From contig CACDRY010000002.1 of NCBI GenBank assembly GCA_902555275.1, forward strand, positions 4,250 through 68,249: a DNA stretch of 64,000 nucleotides, read 5' to 3'. This stretch comes from an uncultured Pelagibacteraceae bacterium (lineage in GTDB: Bacteria; Pseudomonadota; Alphaproteobacteria; Pelagibacterales; Pelagibacteraceae). Below, piece by piece: positions 60,375-64,000 of this stretch. Position 1 is the first letter of the stretch; each line of letters begins with the position of its first letter. The notes beneath the pieces were generated by a model. That model was not told where the DNA came from. It worked only from the letters and a program-made list of their open reading frames with translations, and searched no databases. The translations under genes were made by a program, and so were the position numbers.

Positions 60375-61673
60375 TTATCTAAGTTTTAGGTATTCGCTAT
60401 TTAATAAACCTGCAGACTTCAACAGTCTATATTGCGCTAATAAGTAATTTCTTTCAGCTTCGGCAAGATTAATTTTAGCATTTATTAGATTTGATCTTGA
60501 TTGAAGAACATCAAATGTAGATCTATTCAATCCACTCTCATACTCAAATGTAATTCCCTCATTTGCAATCTCTGCAGCCTTAACTTGTGATTGCACAGCC
60601 CTTAAAAGACTTTTTGAAGACTCTAAAGTAGACCAAGCCGCGGTAACTCCTTGTGTATTATTTCTAAAAGCATTCTCAAGTAATAATTTTTTCATTCCTT
60701 TTACTTGAAGATTTTTATTTATATTAGATTTATTCTTTCCTCCAAACTGATACGGCCAACTTACTGTTGCTTGCAGTACATCTTTTTCCCTTTCATCATA
60801 AGTTGCGCTTAGATCATCAGTATATGATCTTTCGAGTGAAAGTTTTGCTGTCGGAGATAAATCTGATCTTGCAATTTTTACATCTAATTCGGACTGTCCA
60901 TATTCTATTTCAGCAATAATAAGATCTGGGCTTTTTTGTTCAGATATCTTTTTTGCATCAACTAAACTTAGAGGTAGCGGGACTTCAGAATTATAAATTT
61001 TTTTAAATTTTTCATTGCTATTAATTGGCCCAATAATATTTTCATAAACTAATTTACTCGTTACAATATTATTTTGTGCTCCAATGTAACCTGCTTGTGC
61101 CCCTGATAAAGAAGATTGGGACTGTGCTAAGTCAGTAGCAGTTATCTGAGCTCTAGATAGTCTTGCATTATCTATCTCGAATTGTCTTTGAAGTAGGTTA
61201 ACATTTTCTTCATTAATACTTAGTTTTTCATAAGCAAGAATTAAACCTGTATAAGCCTCAATTGCTTTCATAAAAACATCTTGTTCTTTTTTAATAAGTT
61301 GTGCCTCAGATAAATTTAATCCTAACTTACTTTTTTCATATTTTGTGCCACGTTCACTGCCATCCAAAAGTGTTTGTTCTAGCTTTATAGATGATGTCAT
61401 CGGATTTGTATTAGTTATTGAAGCATCAGTACCATCTTGACTTGTAAGTTTATTTGTATCTTCAAAACTTTTGGTACCTGAAAGAGTTAAAGTTGGAAAA
61501 AAATCACTTTTAGAAATATTTAATACTTCTTTTTGAACTTCCAAATTTTTTCGCTCAGCTTGTAGTTCTAAATTATTTTGAAAAGTAGTTTTTAATGCAT
61601 CACTTAAAGTCGCTGCTGCTACAGATGTTACAGAAAGCAATAAAAGTAAACAGATAAGAAAAAAATTTTTCAT
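60375..61673 (-). CDS. TolC-family outer membrane protein
   Basis: Signal peptide, N.EL.A, P.LTL, T..DLAQ, RSTFDVL.. Confidence 0.85.
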   Translation of the reverse strand: MKNFFLICLLLLLSVTSVAAATLSDALKTTFQNNLELQAERKNLEVQKEVLNISKSDFFPTLTLSGTKSFEDTNKLTSQDGTDASITNTNPMTSSIKLEQTLLDGSERGTKYEKSKLGLNLSEAQLIKKEQDVFMKAIEAYTGLILAYEKLSINEENVNLLQRQFEIDNARLSRAQITATDLAQSQSSLSGAQAGYIGAQNNIVTSKLVYENIIGPINSNEKFKKIYNSEVPLPLSLVDAKKISEQKSPDLIIAEIEYGQSELDVKIARSDLSPTAKLSLERSYTDDLSATYDEREKDVLQATVSWPYQFGGKNKSNINKNLQVKGMKKLLLENAFRNNTQGVTAAWSTLESSKSLLRAVQSQVKAAEIANEGITFEYESGLNRSTFDVLQSRSNLINAKINLAEAERNYLLAQYRLLKSAGLLNSEYLKLR

Positions 61674-62596
61674 TTATTATATTTTAAGGATTTAATTTGA
61701 TGATTTCTATTTAAATTTAATACAATTGAGGAATATTTTGGAGCAAATTTGAACATATTTTGTGTGACCCTTTGGTAAGTTTGCATAAATGTTAAAACCT
61801 CATTTTTGCTCATAATCTTGCTATTTGCTTTATTTTTTGTGTTTGATTTAAGTAAAGCCTCCTGTTTAAGCCTCCAACTCTGCAATAATTTGAAATTACC
61901 TGCTTTTAAAAATAACAAACAGTCTAATTTAGAAAATAATTTTTTATATTTTGTTTGTAGTTGACCATTTACATATTTTCTCCATCTTAAATTTTTATCT
62001 GCTGTTCTTTCAAGAAAATTAATCGATTTTTTTAAAGTTATATTTTTTTCTGACCTAGCCCCTACACACCATCCCTCAAATATTATAACATCAGGGACCT
62101 TTTTAACTAAATACCAAGACTTTCTTTTTAATCTATCATCCATTGCCTTATTAAATTTAGGAAGTCTAAGTTGATTGAATGGTTTTTCTTTTGTTTTTTT
62201 TAGAAGATCAAAGATAAAATTTATATCGTGAGTGCCTGGAACACCTCTGGTCATTAATAAAGGATGAATTTTTTTGGATAATTTTATTCTATCTTTTCGA
62301 GTTTTATATAAATCATCAATTGATATTTTAAAAACATTTAACTTAAAATATTTTGTTAGGACAATTTTTAAAATAGAACTAATTGTTGTTTTGCCGGTTC
62401 CTTGACCTCCTCCTAAGCCTATTAAGTAAGGTTTAGATTTATTTGTTCTATTATTGATCCAGAAACAAATTGGAATTAGAAAAGATTTAATCATCTTTTC
62501 TTTATTTTTAAATTTTTCCTTTGTTGTTTCTTGAGATCTTATAAATTTGAAACATTCTTTACTAACTTTTTTATAACACTCATTAATTGATTGCAT
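61670..62596 (-). CDS. P-loop kinase, D-glycerate 3-kinase (GLYK/Tda10)-like
   Basis: G.QGTGKTT, SIDDLY, TRGVPGTHD, P.F.K..DDR, IFEGWCVG, WR..QE. Confidence 0.8.
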   Translation of the reverse strand: MQSINECYKKVSKECFKFIRSQETTKEKFKNKEKMIKSFLIPICFWINNRTNKSKPYLIGLGGGQGTGKTTISSILKIVLTKYFKLNVFKISIDDLYKTRKDRIKLSKKIHPLLMTRGVPGTHDINFIFDLLKKTKEKPFNQLRLPKFNKAMDDRLKRKSWYLVKKVPDVIIFEGWCVGARSEKNITLKKSINFLERTADKNLRWRKYVNGQLQTKYKKLFSKLDCLLFLKAGNFKLLQSWRLKQEALLKSNTKNKANSKIMSKNEVLTFMQTYQRVTQNMFKFAPKYSSIVLNLNRNHQIKSLKYNK

Positions 62597-62603
62597 AAAA
62601 AAT

Positions 62604-62972
62604 TTATTGTTTTTGATCTAAAGGATGATTTTTGCCATCGTTCACTGGCACATCTTCAATTTCAAATGGCTCCACACCTTCTATACAAGCAATATTTACA
62701 CCAAATATTTTTGGATTACTTCTAGGTCTATTATGAGTGTGAATTCCACAAATTGAGCAAAAGTAATGTTTAGCAGTATTAGTATAAAACTGATAAAGTG
62801 ATAACTTATCTTCCCCTTTAGTAAGTTTAAAATCATCAGGACCAAGTACTCCAATAATATAACCTTTTTTTTTGCATATTGAACAATTGCAACGCATGAT
62901 TTTTTCAATACCACCCAAAGGCATCTTAACCTCTGCTTCTATTGCACCACAATGACAGGATAATTTTTTCAT
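62604..62972 (-). CDS. GFA/CENP-V family Zn protein
   Basis: CHCG, CNCSIC, FCSICG; AGGAG SD. Confidence 0.9.
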   Translation of the reverse strand: MKKLSCHCGAIEAEVKMPLGGIEKIMRCNCSICKKKGYIIGVLGPDDFKLTKGEDKLSLYQFYTNTAKHYFCSICGIHTHNRPRSNPKIFGVNIACIEGVEPFEIEDVPVNDGKNHPLDQKQ

Positions 62973-63001
62973 ATTTTAATCTCCTAAAAATTTATCTTTT
63001 A

Positions 63002-63484
63002 TTATCTTTTATTATCTTTTAAATAATTTTTATATCTTTCGTAACTTTCTTTTGGCCAAGTATTTTTTAAATCATACATTTTTTCAAAACAATTTGCATC
63101 ATCAGTAAGTTTTAACCATGGATCTTTATCTTTTATAAATATATGCGCTTCAGGAGGAAAGTTTTCAGAATTATCTAAAGTTTTAGTTCTAACTGTTGAT
63201 CGACCAACTGCCGTAGCATAATCTGTATAAATATAAGTACCACATTTGTTACAAAAATAAGCTCTTGAGGTAGCTCCACTACCTGTTTTAAGTTCAGTTG
63301 ACGAAATATTACCCTCTATAATTAAAGTATTATCTAGAACGCTCGTGTTAATAACATAAGAAGACCCAGTTATAATTTTACAATCTTTGCAATGGCAAGC
63401 TTGAGTGAATAGAGGTTTCTCAGTAATTCTATATTTAACCTGACCACAAATACACCTTCCTGTTAAGCTTTCGTTTTTTTTCAT
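63002..63484 (-). CDS. GFA family Zn protein
   Basis: GRCICG, CHCKDC, FCNKCG, HIF..K.PW. Confidence 0.88.
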   Translation of the reverse strand: MKKNESLTGRCICGQVKYRITEKPLFTQACHCKDCKIITGSSYVINTSVLDNTLIIEGNISSTELKTGSGATSRAYFCNKCGTYIYTDYATAVGRSTVRTKTLDNSENFPPEAHIFIKDKDPWLKLTDDANCFEKMYDLKNTWPKESYERYKNYLKDNKR

Positions 63485-63514
63485 TTATTATATTCAAACT
63501 ATTTATGGTTAAAG

Positions 63515-63539
63515 TTATCCACATGTATACAACATGTGG
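63515..63539. promoter_or_regulatory. perfect DnaA box (TTATCCACA) overlapping an 8-bp inverted repeat
   Basis: TTATCCACA 63515-63523; CCACATGT 63519-26 / ACATGTGG 63532-39. Confidence 0.5.
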
Positions 63540-63631
63540 TTTCGATGTTCACGTTTTGATTCACTTTTGATTCAGTTACAGACTCAAAATACAACCCGAT
63601 TGACACTATTAAATAACTTATGTATTTATTA

Positions 63632-63646
63632 GAACAAAATAAGAAC
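63632..63646 (+). promoter_or_regulatory. alphaproteobacterial LexA (SOS) box upstream of umuD
   Basis: GAAC-aaaataa-GAAC ending 4 bp before ATG; TTGACA -35 at 63600-63605. Confidence 0.88.
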
Positions 63647-63650
63647 ATTT

Positions 63651-64000
63651 ATGAAGCTAACGATACCTTACTATTTACATAAAGCTGGCGCGGGTTTTCC
63701 GTCCCCTGCTACTGACTATATTGAGGAAGATATCGATTTAAATGTTCATTTAATCAAAAATGTTCCAGCAACCTTCATCATAAGAGTTCAAGGAAAATCA
63801 ATGGTGGATGTTGGAATTAATGATGGCGATCTATTAGTTGTTGATAAAAGTTTAACACCAAAAAACTTCTCAACAGTTATTGCAAATGTTCATGATGAAC
63901 TGGTTGTCAAAAGTTTAGTTCAAGAAAGAGATAAAAAATTTTTAACATCAGGTTCTAAAGAATTTACAGATCGAATTTTAATTAACGAAGATGAAGATGT
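63651..64000 (+). CDS. umuD: UmuD/S24 peptidase, SOS mutagenesis protein (partial, runs off window; not in ORF track)
   Basis: MKLTIPYYLHKAGAGFPSPATDYIEEDIDLN...TFIIRVQGKSM..GINDGDLLVVDKS...VVK. Confidence 0.9.
   Translation, partial: MKLTIPYYLHKAGAGFPSPATDYIEEDIDLNVHLIKNVPATFIIRVQGKSMVDVGINDGDLLVVDKSLTPKNFSTVIANVHDELVVKSLVQERDKKFLTSGSKEFTDRILINEDED

Noticed and set aside
135-62914. Many 60-170 aa ORFs antisense or out of frame within real genes (e.g. 3145-3357, 6383-6631, 25198-25707, 48015-48320, 51560-51889, 62696-62914)
   Set aside because: They overlap well-supported genes, lack motifs, and are typical shadow ORFs.
63485-63650. Possible replication origin
   Set aside because: Only one DnaA box, the region is short, and the usual alphaproteobacterial oriC neighbours (hemE, dnaA, parAB) are absent; treated as a promoter region.
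1-64000. tRNA, rRNA, CRISPR arrays, IS elements, prophage or defence genes
   Set aside because: No cloverleaf or GC-rich structured RNA, no spaced repeats, and no transposase, integrase or phage motifs seen; nearly all sequence is explained by CDS.

Overview
Very AT-rich, densely packed alphaproteobacterial chromosome segment. Gene content, tiny or overlapping intergenic spacers and Lys/Ile/Asn-rich proteins point to Pelagibacterales (SAR11); this is an inference. Both ends are housekeeping backbone: surA-pdxA-rsmA, gmk-acpP-fabG-fabD, rpsF-rpsR-rplI-dnaB, cvpA-purF, gshA-gshB on the left; panB, gloA, guaA/guaB, rlmE, pssA-psd, icd, alaS, recA, tolC, umuD on the right. The middle (about 17-47 kb) is an accessory metabolic and stress region. 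It holds a Gfo/Idh/MocA pair, a secreted polysaccharide-lyase-like protein, and a small ORF flanked by AACTAGT(C/T)CC repeats. It also holds a tightly coupled DMT transporter / AGAT-like amidinotransferase / threonine aldolase operon, an HPP protein next to a metal-independent NAD-dependent formate dehydrogenase, and an exported MsrA. A photo-oxidative stress cluster follows: Fe-S-less (6-4) photolyase, DUF393, DUF2256, SDRs, DUF3833 and a ufaD/ufaO/ufaM-like furan fatty acid trio. Finally, pxpABC sits beside a pyroglutamate-type TRAP transporter. LexA boxes lie upstream of recA and umuD. No rRNA, tRNA, CRISPR array, integrase or transposase was recognised. All calls come from motif recognition by eye; no searches were run.
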